DNA of 64,000 nucleotides from Gaiellales bacterium (lineage in GTDB: Bacteria > Actinomycetota > Thermoleophilia > Gaiellales > Gaiellaceae). A model generated the notes under the pieces. That model saw nothing but the letters and a program-made list of their open reading frames with translations, was not told where the DNA came from and did not search any database. The DNA lies in assembly GCA_038253945.1 (NCBI GenBank), contig JBBSGR010000005.1:34772-98771 (forward strand), read 5' to 3'. Both the position numbers and the translations under genes were made by a program. The stretch's first letter is position 1. Each line of letters opens with the position of its first letter. Positions 27,495 to 36,656 of this stretch are shown piece by piece.

Positions 27495-28946
27495 CTACCG
27501 CACGCCGGTCTGAACGCCGACCAGCCTGCGTCCGAGCGACCTCAACTTGCGCCGCTCGGCGGGCAGGTAGAAACCGGCCGCCAGTAGCGCGAGCGGGTAC
27601 ACGGCGACGAGCCCCAGTGCTCCCGCGAGCGGCACCTGGAGCAGTTTCCCCGCGGCCGTGAGCGCGACGGCAACGCAGGCAGCGATCCCGACGCGCCGCC
27701 ACTGGTACGGAACCGGGTAGAGGCGCTGCGCGCGCAGCGTCATACCAACGAAGAGCACGGTGCACGCGGCGGCCTCGGCGATTGCGGCTCCCATCATCCC
27801 GTAGGGCGGGATCAGGACCAAATTGAGGGCGATGTCGGCCGCCGCCGCGACTCCGGTCACAACCCAGTTGAACTGCGTCCTGCGCACGCGACCGACGCCG
27901 ATCGAAACCACGAGGTAACCGGCAAACGCAGTGGCAGCGAAGGAAAGCGGCGCGACGACCCGCGAGCCTTCGTAGAAGCGCGGCGTCGTGAGGAGGTGGA
28001 CAAGCCAGGGCGAGAGGAGGCCGAGCGCGAGGGATACCCAGCTCGCCACCACCACGAGGTAGGTCAGCACAAAGCCGTAGGTGGTACGCGCCTCCCGGTC
28101 GTCCTCGATCGAGTACGCGAATGCGGGCCAAGCAGTTCGGAAAGCGGTCAGCAGGAGGACGTTCGCCGACGCAAGACGGACCCCGATCTCATACAGCCCG
28201 ACCTCGGCACGCCCCGTGATCCGAATCAGGAAGAAGCGGTCGCTGAAGCTGAGCGCCCACAGCATCAAGCCGGACGGGACAAGCGGGACGCCGAACTGGT
28301 TCATCGCCTTCAACAGGCGACGGTCGAAGCCGAGCGCGAGCTGGTCGCGACGGTAGGCGAGCAAGCCCGTATAGACAGCGAGAGTGCCGATCAGGTTGCC
28401 GACGATGACACCTAGGGCTCCCTCGCGAAAGTGCACGACGAGGAGGACTGTCACGCCGATGGTGATGAAGATGTTGAGAAGACTTGCTGCGACGAAGCGA
28501 CCGGGCCGCTGCTCGAGCCGGAAGAGCGAGGTCAGCTGCTCGTAGTTCATCTGCGCCCAGACGCCGATGAAGGCGGCTCGAACGAGGTTCGGCTGCCCGC
28601 CGAGGTTGAGCGCGGTCGCGATCGGCCGGGCAAGCACCACCCCCGCGAAGAGCCCGAGCGTCGCCGTGCACATCGTGAACCAGAAAGATGTGCGCAGGAC
28701 GGAAAGCCGCCGCTCAAGGTCTGCCGAGTCGAAGTAGAAACGGAAGAACGCGCTCGGAATGCCCGCGCGAAGGAGGATCACGAGGATCACCGAAAGCGCG
28801 GTCAGGATGCCGACGGCACCGAGGTCGCTCCTGTCGAGGTAGCGCGTGTAGAGCGGAAGCAGCAGAACGGCGAGGATGCGGGAGACGATCCCGCCCAGCC
28901 CGTAGACGAGCGACTGCCCGGCGAGCTGCTTGATCCGCTCGAACAT
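27495..28946 (-). CDS. MOP-superfamily oligosaccharide/polysaccharide flippase (Wzx-like)
   Basis: 483 aa with about 12-14 TM segments. N-terminal AGQSLVYGLGGIVSRILAVLLLPLYTRYL is typical of polysaccharide biosynthesis flippases. Confidence 0.75.
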   Translation of the reverse strand: MFERIKQLAGQSLVYGLGGIVSRILAVLLLPLYTRYLDRSDLGAVGILTALSVILVILLRAGIPSAFFRFYFDSADLERRLSVLRTSFWFTMCTATLGLFAGVVLARPIATALNLGGQPNLVRAAFIGVWAQMNYEQLTSLFRLEQRPGRFVAASLLNIFITIGVTVLLVVHFREGALGVIVGNLIGTLAVYTGLLAYRRDQLALGFDRRLLKAMNQFGVPLVPSGLMLWALSFSDRFFLIRITGRAEVGLYEIGVRLASANVLLLTAFRTAWPAFAYSIEDDREARTTYGFVLTYLVVVASWVSLALGLLSPWLVHLLTTPRFYEGSRVVAPLSFAATAFAGYLVVSIGVGRVRRTQFNWVVTGVAAAADIALNLVLIPPYGMMGAAIAEAAACTVLFVGMTLRAQRLYPVPYQWRRVGIAACVAVALTAAGKLLQVPLAGALGLVAVYPLALLAAGFYLPAERRKLRSLGRRLVGVQTGVR

Positions 28947-29199
28947 CCCTCCCCAGGGTAGGGCTACGTTTCATCCCGCCGCTCTGCGAGAGTCCGCAGG
29001 GCTCCTGTCCATGCGGAAGTCCGAGCTTCACACTTCTTAACACGGACGCAAACGAATCTTCGCGAAGCCCGCCCTAACGTACCGCGCGAATGGCAACCTG
29101 GCGCCGGCAAGACGCCGTCACCTTCGTTTGTGCGGGCAGCGTGCCCGCGCAGGAGCGGTGCCTTCTGACGACGGCGGCATCCGAATCCCGGCTGCCGCG

Positions 29200-30456
29200 A
29201 TGAAGGTTCTGATCTGCGCCTTCTATTTCCCGCCCGCCGGCGGCGGCGGCGTGCAGCGCCCGCTCCGGTTCGCGCAGCACCTCGCTGCCCTCGGCATCGA
29301 GACGCATGTGCTCGCTCCGAGCGACCCGCGTTGGGTCCACCGCGATGAAGAGCTTGCTCTGCCGGCGAACGTGCGTGTCCACCGGGCTCGCTATCTCGGC
29401 CCTCGAGGACGGCTGCCGGCGGAGGAGCTCCACAACCGGCACGGGGTCGATCGACTCGCTCGGCAGCTCTCTCTGACCCCCCGCCGCCTGCTCGTGCCCG
29501 ATGAGAACGTCTCCTGGCTGCTGACTGCGATCGGCGCCGCCAACCGCATCGTTCGGCGCGAGCGAATCGATGTGATGCTGACAACCTCGCCGCCGAGCTC
29601 CGTGCACCTGATCGGGGCAGCCGCCAAACGTACGACCGGCGTCCGCTGGGTGGCCGACCTGCGCGACTCCATGCTCGCAAACCCGAACCGGCGCGTCGCA
29701 CGGCTTGCCCGAATCAAGGAGCGCAGTCACAACGCGGTCGCGCACCTGGTCGCCCGTCAGGCAGATGCAACCGTCGCCGTCACGGAGACGATCGCAGCCG
29801 AGATCGGTCGCCTCGGCTCTTCCGGACAGCTCGTCGTGATACCGAACGGCTGCGACTTCGACGACTTCGCCAACCTGGAGTACCGCCGCGGTGAGCGCTT
29901 CCGGATCACGCACACTGGCAGCTTCTTCGGTCCGCGCGACCCGCGCCCGTTTCTACGCGCCCTCGCAATGGTCGACGCAGACATCGTTGCTCGCTTCGTG
30001 GGTGACTTCCGCGCTGCCGACCGCCTTTGGGCCTCGCGGCTAGGCCTCGGCGACCGCCTCGAGCTGCGCCCGTTCCAGCCGCACGTACAGACACTCGCAC
30101 TCCAGCGCGACTCGGAAGCGCTCCTGCTGCTCCTGCCCGAGATTGGCGAGCGAGGCCGAGACGTTCCCTCCGGCAAGATCTACGAGTACCTCGCAGCCGA
30201 GCGACCGATCCTCGCCGCCGTGCCTCCGTCCGGGACGGCTGAGCGTCTCGTTCGCGAGTGCGGCGCGGGAATCGTGGTCGCCCCCGACGACGTCGAGGGT
30301 ATCGCGAACGCGCTCGTCACGCTCGAAGGCCGCTGGCGCTCCGATGATGACTTGGAGATCCGCCTCGCCCCGAACGTGCGCGAGGCGCTCTCGCGCCACT
30401 CGCGCGCGGCGGAGCTAGCCGAGTTGGTCAGGAGCCTCGCTCGAGCACCTCCCTGA
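29200..30456 (+). CDS. Glycosyltransferase family 4 (GT-B)
   Basis: MKVLICAFYFPPAGGGGVQR N-terminus and a C-terminal E-x7-E-like region (SGKIYEYLAAERPILA). Start re-picked at ATG 29200. Confidence 0.8.
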   Translation: MKVLICAFYFPPAGGGGVQRPLRFAQHLAALGIETHVLAPSDPRWVHRDEELALPANVRVHRARYLGPRGRLPAEELHNRHGVDRLARQLSLTPRRLLVPDENVSWLLTAIGAANRIVRRERIDVMLTTSPPSSVHLIGAAAKRTTGVRWVADLRDSMLANPNRRVARLARIKERSHNAVAHLVARQADATVAVTETIAAEIGRLGSSGQLVVIPNGCDFDDFANLEYRRGERFRITHTGSFFGPRDPRPFLRALAMVDADIVARFVGDFRAADRLWASRLGLGDRLELRPFQPHVQTLALQRDSEALLLLLPEIGERGRDVPSGKIYEYLAAERPILAAVPPSGTAERLVRECGAGIVVAPDDVEGIANALVTLEGRWRSDDDLEIRLAPNVREALSRHSRAAELAELVRSLARAPP

Positions 30457-30609
30457 GGCCTCGCGACGGCCGCTTTCGACGTGCCCGGCCGCTGTCGATC
30501 GTCTCAGGCCCAGCGGGACTTCGTTGCTCACGCCGATCGAAGAGGACGAGGTGGCCGAGGTCGACGTCTCGCCTGCAGGTGCCGCAGTGGCCGCTCAACG
30601 CTTCACCGC

Positions 30610-31569
30610 CTATCCCAACGGCTTGAGATGCCGGATCAGGAACCGAATCGTCGGAACCAGCGCCTGCGCCGAGTATTGCGCCGCGTGCAGGTGTCCCTTG
30701 ATGACGATCAGCGTGTGCGCGACGTGCGCGTGCGCGAGGCGGCGCGCAAGCTCCCGTGCCTGAGCGAGCGGCACGATCTCGTCGCTGCCGTTGACGATCA
30801 GCATCGGCGGATCGCTGGCGTCGATGAAACTGACCGGGGAGGCGCGCGCGTAGCTGGAAGGGCAGGTCGCTGGTCCGCAGCCGATGTAGTCCTCGACGAA
30901 GGGGTGGACCGAGCCATGGCGGAGCTCGCGGTCGAAGAGCGCGAGATCCATCGGCCCCGACCACGAGACGGCGGCAACAACACGGACGCCGCTGGTTCGT
31001 CCTGCACGTCCGGATTTCATCGCGACGAGAGCAGCGAGATCACCGCCGGCGGAGGCACCGAAAACAGCGATCCTCGCAGGGTCGACCTGGAAGCGCGCCG
31101 CGTGTCTGCCCAACCAGCGTAGAGCGGCCGTCACGTCGGTCGCGGCGGCGGGAAACCGTGCGAAGCGGTAATTGACTGAGAAGGCGGCGATGCCGGCGGC
31201 GGCAAGCCTTCGTCCGACGGGGGCGAACGCCTGCTCGCCCGGAGCGAAGAAGGCCTTGTCGCCCGAGCGCCAACCGCCTCCGTGGATGAAGACGACCGCC
31301 GGATGCGTTCGCCGCCGTACGGGAACGTAGGCATCGAGGCGAAGCCGCTCGCTACCGACGCGGCGATAGCCGATGTTTCGGGTGATACGCACCCAAGCAG
31401 GCACAGCTCGGCGATCCGTTTGCCAACGGCCCGTAGCGGCCGAGAGCGACCCTGCCTGCACGAGCACGAGCGAGGCCGCGAGGCAGAGCTTTGCAAGGGG
31501 GATCACACGACGGCTCACACCGCGATTTTGACAGCGTGGAATCCGAACGACGGCGACGTCACGTGTCAT
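30610..31569 (-). CDS. Secreted alpha/beta-hydrolase (esterase/lipase, HGGG type)
   Basis: VFIHGGGWRSGDK oxyanion motif, FGASAGGDLA (GxSxG), and a signal-like segment LCLAASLVLVQAGSLSA. Start is ATG 31569 or GTG 31518. Confidence 0.75.
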   Translation of the reverse strand: MTRDVAVVRIPRCQNRGVSRRVIPLAKLCLAASLVLVQAGSLSAATGRWQTDRRAVPAWVRITRNIGYRRVGSERLRLDAYVPVRRRTHPAVVFIHGGGWRSGDKAFFAPGEQAFAPVGRRLAAAGIAAFSVNYRFARFPAAATDVTAALRWLGRHAARFQVDPARIAVFGASAGGDLAALVAMKSGRAGRTSGVRVVAAVSWSGPMDLALFDRELRHGSVHPFVEDYIGCGPATCPSSYARASPVSFIDASDPPMLIVNGSDEIVPLAQARELARRLAHAHVAHTLIVIKGHLHAAQYSAQALVPTIRFLIRHLKPLG

Positions 31570-31657
31570 GGGCAGAGGTGAAGTCGGCGCCGCTTCAGGA
31601 CCGACCCGTGGGATTCGAGCGGCACGTGCTCGGGCATGGCCGTGGCGATGTTCGTAG

Positions 31658-32116
31658 GGCGAAGCGGGCGCCGTTCCAGCGGCCTCTTGCTCCAAGCGTG
31701 CGGGCGGAGCTAGACGTGATCGCGTCCGAGCCGGGCTCTTCGACGTCTCGAGTGTCTCGGGTTGCTACGTCACCTCGCTGCTGCTCAGCCGGCTGATTGG
31801 GCGCCGTCGGCCGTGTCAGGAGAAGACTGTCGAGCCGCTGATCAGCTGTCCGTGCGGGCCGTCCTTTCCTTCCGATCAGGCGGCTGCCGCCGCGGCAAGC
31901 GTCGTGGTCGCGCTCCGCCGCCGGAGCCGGCTCGCGCCTGTGCTCGCAGCCCTCGCAGCCGGCAACTGCTCCGCCCGCGTCTATGTTGGCGTTCACTACC
32001 CGACCGATGTCGTGCTCGGAGCCGGGCTCGGGGTCGTGTGGGTCGAGGGTCTTGCCTGGTTGCCGAAGACGGGCTCTTCGCCTTTCAAGAAGCGACAGGC
32101 GCTGAGGGAGGCGTAG
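31658..32116 (+). pseudogene. Remnant of a PAP2 (type 2 phosphatidic-acid phosphatase) gene, C-terminal half only
   Basis: In one frame with no canonical start before GTG 31904: ...LLLSRLIGRRRP...SFPSDQAAAAAA...SARVYVGVHYPTDVVLGAGLG. Motif C3 (SRxxxxxHxxxD) is intact, C2 PSGH reads PSDQ, and the N-terminal TM region is absent (stop at 31655-31657). Confidence 0.4.
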
Positions 32117-32215
32117 TGCCGGGACTTCCATCACCAGCACGGAACTGGTCTTCCTGGGCGCGAGGCCTCGTCCTCCTGCCCCCGAGGCTGGTCGTTCGCC
32201 GCGCACGGCGAGAGC

Positions 32216-32974
32216 TCACCCCCGCGCGAGGAGGCTCGTCAATCCGCGCGCGTAGCGGGCGGCGCCGGTGCTGCCGACTGAGCCCGGAGGCAACTCGACC
32301 ACGAACGCCGTCGTCCTCGGGAACAGGCTGTTCTGCCAGTCGGTCGCTCCGCCGGGGTAGCGCGCTAGGCGCACGAGCGGAAGCCCGACGAGCGAGGCGA
32401 AGCGCCGCTCGACGGCGATGCTCCCGCCGGACTCGTCGACGACGCCGTACGGCTGGTGAAACCACACCGTGACCTGCGGACGCAGCCTGACGATCAGCCG
32501 GGCGAGCAGGCGGCTCTCGGGCTCGGAGAGCGGCCGCGGACCCGAGTAGTGCGGCTCGCCGGGTCGGCCCTGCGGTCGCCAGCGCCAGGGGAAATTCCGG
32601 TTCAAGTCGACCCCATGCGCATTCGTGCGCCTGTCGGCCGCCACGCCGTCAGGATTCGCGTTCTCGACGATCCAAATGTCGCTCTCGTCCGGCAGCGGGA
32701 CGGACTCGAGCCGCTCGGCGACCGCGATCCCGGCCGACTCGTTGCCGTGGATGCAACCCACGATGAGCATGTGCACGCGAGTATCCGGATCGCCCCGCTC
32801 GAGCACCACGATCGGTCGGCGCTGCACCGACGCGCCCAACGTCCGAGTCCGCGTGAGGACGGCCTCGCCGCGGGCGCGGGGCTTCGCCCGCGCCGCCGCG
32901 GGCCGGACCGGCGCAAGCGCTTGCAAGGCCAGAGCCGCCGGCAAGAGGATGAGCGCCAGAAGGAGCCGCCGCAT
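32216..32974 (-). CDS. M14-family zinc carboxypeptidase (murein peptide amidase-like), secreted
   Basis: Signal peptide MRRLLLALILLPAALALQALA, the GCIHGNESAG (HxxE) zinc motif, and VWFHQPYG. Confidence 0.7.
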   Translation of the reverse strand: MRRLLLALILLPAALALQALAPVRPAAARAKPRARGEAVLTRTRTLGASVQRRPIVVLERGDPDTRVHMLIVGCIHGNESAGIAVAERLESVPLPDESDIWIVENANPDGVAADRRTNAHGVDLNRNFPWRWRPQGRPGEPHYSGPRPLSEPESRLLARLIVRLRPQVTVWFHQPYGVVDESGGSIAVERRFASLVGLPLVRLARYPGGATDWQNSLFPRTTAFVVELPPGSVGSTGAARYARGLTSLLARG

Positions 32975-33161
32975 GGTGCAGATAATGGACTCTGCGGCCG
33001 AGGGGGGTTGAACTTGCGTGTGGTCATGGTGGGGTGAGCGCTGTGCTCGCCCCCTCGGCTCGATCGGCTGTCGAGCGTGCGTTTTCTCAGGGTTCTCTCA
33101 GAAACCGGGGCTACCGTGCCGCGAGGCGAGACGACGGAGAAGGACGAGCAGGAGAAGTTGA

Positions 33162-34109
33162 GTGATCGAGGTAGACAATTTGACAAAGGACTACGGCAGT
33201 AAGCGGGCTGTAGAAGGTCTCAGTTTCACGGTTGAGCCTGGCATCGTTACCGGCTTTCTCGGGCCGAACGGGTCGGGGAAGTCGACGACGATGCGCTTGA
33301 TCTTGGGCTTGGATGCGCCGACTGCGGGCGACGTGACGGTCAACGGGAAGCGGTACCGGGCGCATCCAGCGCCGCTGTTTGAGGTTGGCGCGCTGTTGGA
33401 GGCGCGCTCGGTGCATACGGGACGCTTGGCGTATTACCACCTGCTTGCGCTTGCCCAGACGCACGGGATCCCGAGGCAGCGCGTCGAGGAGTTGGTCGAC
33501 CTGGTCGGCTTGCACGAGGTCGCACGCAAGCGGGCGGGCCAGTTCTCGCTCGGAATGGGCCAGCGGCTCGGGATCGCAACGGCGCTTTTGGGTGACCCGG
33601 GAACGCTCCTGTTGGATGAGCCGGTGAACGGGCTCGATCCTGAGGGGATCCATTGGATCCGGAATCTGCTGAAGGACTTGGCCACTGAGGGTCGCACGGT
33701 GTTCGTCTCCTCGCATCTGATGAGCGAGATGGCGCTGACGGCCGACCATTTGATCGTGATCGGACGCGGCCGTCTGATCGCGGACACGAGCGTCGAGGAG
33801 TTCGTCCGCAAGGCGTCGGGCAGCCTGGTGCGCGTCCGCTCGCCGCAGGCTTCGCGGCTGCGCGAGCTCGTGCTCGGCGCCGATGTCTCGGTGACGAGCT
33901 CGGCGGCGGGATTGCTCGAGATCAGCGGGATGACGGCCGATCTTGTTGGCGAGGTCGCCGCTGCCCACGGGATCGTGCTCCATGAGCTGTCGTCATTGCA
34001 AGCCTCGTTGGAGGAGGCGTTCATGGCGTTGACCCGGGACGATGTTGAGTTCAAGGCAGGCGAGGTCGCTCCCGCTCCGGAGTCCGTAGCGGAGGGGGCG
34101 GTAGCGTGA
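33162..34109 (+). CDS. ABC transporter ATP-binding protein (ABC-2 exporter type)
   Basis: Walker A GPNGSGKST, signature FSLGMGQRLG, and Walker B LLLDEP. Confidence 0.9.
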   Translation: MIEVDNLTKDYGSKRAVEGLSFTVEPGIVTGFLGPNGSGKSTTMRLILGLDAPTAGDVTVNGKRYRAHPAPLFEVGALLEARSVHTGRLAYYHLLALAQTHGIPRQRVEELVDLVGLHEVARKRAGQFSLGMGQRLGIATALLGDPGTLLLDEPVNGLDPEGIHWIRNLLKDLATEGRTVFVSSHLMSEMALTADHLIVIGRGRLIADTSVEEFVRKASGSLVRVRSPQASRLRELVLGADVSVTSSAAGLLEISGMTADLVGEVAAAHGIVLHELSSLQASLEEAFMALTRDDVEFKAGEVAPAPESVAEGAVA

Positions 34110-34936
34110 ACACCGCCGCACGCACAGCGGCGATTCCGCGGTTTGCCGGCACGGGGAAGGTCACGCAGGCGCGGGTAGCGCTGTCGGAGTGGACAAAGCT
34201 GCATTCGCTGCGCTCTACGCGCTGGTCACTGCTTGCTGCAACGGTGCTGGCGATCGGGTTGCCGCTTCTGTTCGCCCTAGTGACTTCGTCGCACTGGGGG
34301 CAGATGAGCCCGCACGAGCGGGCTGACCGTCATCCTCTCGATATCGCGCTCGCGGGGGTGAACGTAGCCCAGCTCGCGATCGCGGTGTTGGGCGTGCTGG
34401 TGGTCACGGGCGAGTATTCGACCGGAATGATCCGCGCCAGTTTCACGGCGGTGCCGAAGCGGCTGCCGGTGCTCTGGGCCAAGATCGGCGTCTTCGCGTT
34501 CGTCGCGGTGCTCCTGATGCTGCCGTCGGTGGTGATCGCGTTCTTCGCGAGCCAGGCGATTCTCTCCCGCCATCACATCCTGCAGATCTCCTTCGCGCAC
34601 CCAGGCGTCGCTCGCGCGGTGGTCGGTGGTGCGGTTTACCTGATGCTGGTCGGGATCTTTGCGCTCGCGATCGGAGCGATCGTCCGCAACACGGCCGGTG
34701 GGCTCGCGATCTTCGCCGCGATCTTCTTCGTCATCCCGCCGCTCTTGAACGTCCTGCCGACGAGCTGGAACAACGCAATCTCGCCCTACCTGCCGGAGAG
34801 TGCGGCCCGCTCGATCTTCGCGCTCACCCACGACGCGCAAAGCCTCCGCCCGGGTCCCGGCCTTGCGCTCTTCCTCGGCTACACAGCAGTTGCGATCGCG
34901 ATCGCCGCACTACTCCTCGTCCGACGAGACACGTAG
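34106..34936 (+). CDS. ABC-2 family transporter permease
   Basis: Start overlaps the ATPase stop (GTGA). Six hydrophobic segments in the ABC-2 layout. Confidence 0.75.
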   Translation: MNTAARTAAIPRFAGTGKVTQARVALSEWTKLHSLRSTRWSLLAATVLAIGLPLLFALVTSSHWGQMSPHERADRHPLDIALAGVNVAQLAIAVLGVLVVTGEYSTGMIRASFTAVPKRLPVLWAKIGVFAFVAVLLMLPSVVIAFFASQAILSRHHILQISFAHPGVARAVVGGAVYLMLVGIFALAIGAIVRNTAGGLAIFAAIFFVIPPLLNVLPTSWNNAISPYLPESAARSIFALTHDAQSLRPGPGLALFLGYTAVAIAIAALLLVRRDT

Positions 34937-35224
34937 AACCAGGCGACGCGGTCAGCAGCACTCGCGCGTCGACGAACGCGCGGGCCATGTCCTGGACAGG
35001 CGCCGCTCGTCGCTCAGGCGAAAGTCCATCTTCGGGCTAGAAAGCCAGTCACCGTGCCAGGAAAGGCTCGCCCGGGCGCTCGCAGGCCGCGAAGCGGAGC
35101 CGTCCCAGATAGATCTCTCGCGCGCGTCGCTCGCGCGAGCGCAGGGCGTAGAGCGTCTGCCGCCCGACGTTGCGTAGCCGGCCTTGCCGCCTTTGAGCGC
35201 GCTCGACCATCCGTGACGCGAGCA

Positions 35225-35415
35225 GCGAGAGTCAGTCCGTGCCGGGAACGAGCAGGTACGGCAGCTTCTCCCAGCGTCCGACCACGCGGCCTGTCGCTAA
35301 ATCGACGATGCGAAGCCACGACTTGTCGGGCACGTTCACGAAGGCTCGTCGACCGAGCACTGCGTCGACGAACACACCCTGGCCCGCAAAGAGCCGGAAC
35401 TGTCTGCGCCCGTCC
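35225..35415. repeat. Right copy of the ~190-bp direct repeat (partner at 13742..13932)
   Basis: See the left copy. This copy forms the genuine 3-prime end of CDS 35232..36605. Confidence 0.9.
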
Positions 35416-36605
35416 GGACCGTACGCGGCGAGTCCCATTCCGGGTCGGCGGCCGGTCTTGGGGTTCCACCTCGACCCGGTCGCGAGAATCTGCCGGCCGA
35501 CGACGTGAAAGTCATCCGCCCCGCGCTCGAGCGCCCTGACGCTCCACGAGCGCGTGTCGATCACGTCCAGGCCCGCCGGGTTGCTGCGGTTGCCGACCTC
35601 TCCCTTGCGCGTGAGCCAGTGTGAATAGTCGATTCCCGCGAGCGCGATCAACCCGTCGCCGAGCCAGACGGCGCGGCGAACCGGACCGTCGATCGCCTTT
35701 GCCGATGCTGCCGGCTCGAGCCAGTTCCGCAGCCGCCCAAGTAGTGAGACGCGCGCGCTGAGCGTGTGGTACTCAACCGTCAAGGAGTCGAGATCGATGT
35801 CCGCCACGTTCCCGGACGCCGAGATGACGAACGCGCGCCCGGCGGCGCCGCCGACGACGAGGGCCGGCTCGCGAATCCAGGCCACTGAGCGAGGCGAGTA
35901 CTCGGCCGGAGCATCGATACCGGCGAGAATCTCGTCGAGCGGGACGGTCTGGGCGGATCCGTCCGCGTGCACGACAGCAAGAACGGCCGGGCCGATCGAG
36001 TGCGGCGGAGCGAGCAGTAAGACGTAGCCCTGACCCGTTCGAGCAGCCCTGACGAGACCGCCGTCGAGCTCCGTCCGCCGAAGAATCCGGCGCTCGCGGG
36101 GGTCGACGAGCACGACGCTCGTCGTGCCCACGGAGCAACACCCCGGCTCCTGGACGAGAGCCAGGACGTTCCCGTTCACCCAGGCGGTATTGCCAACGAA
36201 GCCTGCCTGTGCGACCCGCAGGTCGCCCAAGGCGGTCATGTGCTCGACGTCGACGAAACGGAGCTCGGCGCTGCCGTCACTCCCGAGCACGAGCCGGGAG
36301 CCGTCCGGCGAGAAGCTCCAGCCGAACGAATGTAGCCCGAGCGGTACGCGCTCGGAGCCGAGCGGCCCGAGGGAGACCGGATCGATTCGGGCGAGCTTCA
36401 GCGCTTCCTCGGGCGGCCCGGGGTCCGAGACGATTCCGAACAGCGGGCTCGGCTCTACGGCGGCTACGAAGGGCGGCTGAACGTCTGTCCTGCGCGCCGA
36501 CGAGACGGAAGCGGGCAGGGACACGAGGACGATCAAGGCCAGCCCGACGAGTCCCGAGCTTCGGCTCATCCTCCGAATGTATACCCGCCTGCGAGACCTG
36601 TCCAT
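35232..36605 (-). CDS. Secreted hypothetical protein (beta-rich, possibly beta-propeller-like)
   Basis: Signal peptide (MSRSSGLVGLALIVLVSLPASVSSA, so the start may be 36569). Repetitive beta-strand-like sequence with no motif I can name. Confidence 0.6.
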   Translation of the reverse strand: MDRSRRRVYIRRMSRSSGLVGLALIVLVSLPASVSSARRTDVQPPFVAAVEPSPLFGIVSDPGPPEEALKLARIDPVSLGPLGSERVPLGLHSFGWSFSPDGSRLVLGSDGSAELRFVDVEHMTALGDLRVAQAGFVGNTAWVNGNVLALVQEPGCCSVGTTSVVLVDPRERRILRRTELDGGLVRAARTGQGYVLLLAPPHSIGPAVLAVVHADGSAQTVPLDEILAGIDAPAEYSPRSVAWIREPALVVGGAAGRAFVISASGNVADIDLDSLTVEYHTLSARVSLLGRLRNWLEPAASAKAIDGPVRRAVWLGDGLIALAGIDYSHWLTRKGEVGNRSNPAGLDVIDTRSWSVRALERGADDFHVVGRQILATGSRWNPKTGRRPGMGLAAYGPDGRRQFRLFAGQGVFVDAVLGRRAFVNVPDKSWLRIVDLATGRVVGRWEKLPYLLVPGTD

Positions 36606-36656
36606 ACCCCCAACAGCTTCCGGCGCAGGCGGGAAGCAGGGCGATGCGAGCCCGCG

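Noticed and set aside
33080-33110. Repeated TTCTCAG / TTCTCTCAG motif upstream of the ABC transporter as an operator
   Set aside because: It is short and imperfect, and there is no adjacent regulator gene. I could not form a convincing palindrome.
34937-35029. Possible N-terminal remnant of an acyl-CoA dehydrogenase gene (minus strand MDFRLSDERRL, then after a 1-nt shift VQDMARAFVD)
   Set aside because: Only about 20 residues resemble the common ACAD N-terminus, and this rests on memory rather than a search. It also needs a frame shift. The evidence is too weak to annotate, although it would fit a recombination scar next to the right-hand repeat.
13933-35224. Integrase, transposase, phage or conjugation genes that would explain the repeat-flanked segments (also 43351..49645)
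   Set aside because: None of the translated ORFs shows tyrosine/serine recombinase, DDE transposase, relaxase or phage structural motifs. The segments are therefore reported as repeat-bracketed blocks, not as annotated mobile elements.
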